Origin: Tubiluchus corallicola
Lineage: Eukaryota; Animalia; Priapulida
Direction of reading: 5' to 3'
Assembly (NCBI GenBank): GCA_030141605.1
Contig: JAQGDQ010000147.1
Coordinates: 1 to 64,000, forward strand
DNA: 64,000 nt
The notes under the pieces are model-generated. The model saw only the letters and a list, made by a program, of their open reading frames with translations. It was not told the origin of the DNA and made no database searches. How positions within the stretch are numbered: position 1 is the first letter of the stretch; each line of letters opens with the position of its first letter. Shown piece by piece: positions 62,376-64,000 of the stretch. The translations under genes were made by a program, and so were the position numbers.

Positions 62376-64000
62376 TTATTGCACCGGATTCTCTAACTCT
62401 GCCTCATGCAGTAATCTGTAAAAGAGGAGGTACGAGTTCTCACGTAGCAACTTGGTCCGTAATTCGAACGAAATGTTCACGCTTGACACATACTCATCGT
62501 CATATTTGTACCACGGGCCACTTTCGGACTTTGTGTAGGCAACGTAGTGACCCGTAAACGTATTACCACTGCCGACATGCACACAAACACCATATAATTC
62601 ATAAGTATGCCCACCGATGCTGTCCGAGGTATCCGTGTCCGGGTTTAGCGAAGCATCGAAAACGAAAGAAGACAGGTTCAAAACCAGTGGTATTTCCACC
62701 GGCAAGTGGATTTTCCTCGATGAACCAATAACTTGATCGAATGTAAATCGCAAAAGTTGAACGACTAGGCACTCGGGAAGCTGACGCAGAAGAGTGACAC
62801 GCTGACCGGTTGATCGCGAAATGATCGCAGGACTTTCCACCGGCGTCGATGTCCTAAATCGTGGATCCGAACCAAAAGTAAAATTGTCCCGTACAACGGA
62901 TGTACCAGGGGCTATCACATTCGATTGTTTCTGAATATAGTTTGAATCCACACTACCCAGTCTACATGACCGACCAGCTGTGTCAGGGGTCCATTGTAGC
63001 CGTTGACTACTGATACTGGGCGATCCCATTTCTCTGACAGCCTGGTACCCCTTACAGGGACAGAGAAGCCCATTCCCACCTTGGAGTTTTTCGGCAGTTG
63101 TAAACTTTTGAAAACAATCTTCTAGGCGCACGACTGGCAAACGCGAATCGGTCTTTGATGTCAGGAGTGGAACGGGCAACATGCTGAACGTTTGTGTACT
63201 AACACTTATTCGATTACAAGCCATACAATGCTGCACTTCTATAAGCTGGCCTGTGAACATATCATCCACAGGAGAAGAATTCTTGTCCTTGTAGGTCATC
63301 CACTGTAGATCAGATAGCCGTTGCAAAGGCTCGGCTAATTTACTATGATCTAAATTACCACTCAGTTCAATTTGTTGCTGGCACTCGAGGATTAAAGCTT
63401 CGACGGCGTGAGGGGTCAAGTCTCTGTAGATGTGTTTTAACAGTCCCAGAGGTGTCTTGCGATCATTGTTCAGCTGTGGGAAGCTGCGCAATGGGCTTGA
63501 CTGTGGACTGGCAGCTTTCACCTTCACATTCAATGAAGCATGTAACACATAGAACAACCAGAGTAAAAATTCGGCTACGTCCTGCTGTGCTTGCTCCAAA
63601 GCAGCGTCAGCGATTAGAGCAGGATTTAAGAGAGAACCGGCTTGACAGAACGTGAAAGAGTCCAATGCAGAGACCTTGCACACTTTGGAACTATCCATCA
63701 ATTTGAGCATCTCTGCAATCAAATCCGATTCCGGACTGGAAATGTTGGGAATTGTTTTCACGTTATCGTAGATGGCCTGTGAGAGACCGGGTGTTCGGAA
63801 CAAGCACTGCAACACAGAGTTCACAAAACAAATGTTACGTCCGCTGTTTTTCATACCAGGGGGCTTTTCACCATAAATACTTCTTCCCAGAAAAGTCATC
63901 AAGCGGTTTTTCACTGTCTGTTCTTGTACCACGGGGTTTACTCTTGTGGTGCTTGCTGTGCTAGATAATTTGTCTGGAGCTATCACTGGAGACACACTGG
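62376..64000 (-). CDS. Ubiquitin-specific protease (USP, peptidase C19), 5' partial
   Basis: Uninterrupted ORF of at least 539 aa, open to the window edge: Cys box GMKNSGRNICFVNSVLQCL, QQDVAEFL, CMAC, LPECLVVQLLRF, His box YELYGVCVHVG...GHYVAY, WYKYDD, SYLLFY. Confidence 0.92.
   Translation of the reverse strand, partial: SVSPVIAPDKLSSTASTTRVNPVVQEQTVKNRLMTFLGRSIYGEKPPGMKNSGRNICFVNSVLQCLFRTPGLSQAIYDNVKTIPNISSPESDLIAEMLKLMDSSKVCKVSALDSFTFCQAGSLLNPALIADAALEQAQQDVAEFLLWLFYVLHASLNVKVKAASPQSSPLRSFPQLNNDRKTPLGLLKHIYRDLTPHAVEALILECQQQIELSGNLDHSKLAEPLQRLSDLQWMTYKDKNSSPVDDMFTGQLIEVQHCMACNRISVSTQTFSMLPVPLLTSKTDSRLPVVRLEDCFQKFTTAEKLQGGNGLLCPCKGYQAVREMGSPSISSQRLQWTPDTAGRSCRLGSVDSNYIQKQSNVIAPGTSVVRDNFTFGSDPRFRTSTPVESPAIISRSTGQRVTLLRQLPECLVVQLLRFTFDQVIGSSRKIHLPVEIPLVLNLSSFVFDASLNPDTDTSDSIGGHTYELYGVCVHVGSGNTFTGHYVAYTKSESGPWYKYDDEYVSSVNISFELRTKLLRENSYLLFYRLLHEAELENPVQ

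Overview
AT-rich, intron-rich animal (invertebrate-looking) nuclear DNA. It is not prokaryotic, and most short ORFs in the supplied track are single exons or noise. Manual splicing gives five protein-coding genes: (1) a fibulin-1/2-like secreted ECM gene (- strand; signal peptide, 3 anaphylatoxin modules, at least 12 EGF modules; 3' end runs off the left edge); (2) KLHDC10 (-, 8 exons, 389 aa); (3) ZC3HC1/NIPA (+, 10 exons, about 440-459 aa); (4) UBE2H (+, 7 exons, 181 aa); (5) a USP-family deubiquitinase (-, 5' end off the right edge). Highlights: the KLHDC10<- ->ZC3HC1 ->UBE2H block has the same order and orientation I recall for human 7q32; ZC3HC1 and UBE2H each carry a U12-type (minor spliceosome) intron; four consecutive genes belong to the ubiquitin system; the fibulin has an expanded array of insertion-type cbEGF modules. 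Introns and UTRs hold a decayed CR1-type LINE with a nested insertion, an RTE-type LINE remnant, several hAT-type MITEs with 8-bp TSDs, a pogo deletion derivative, a foldback-like element and a tRNA-like element between direct repeats. I found no convincing wholly new biological system. All calls are from manual reading; no searches were run.
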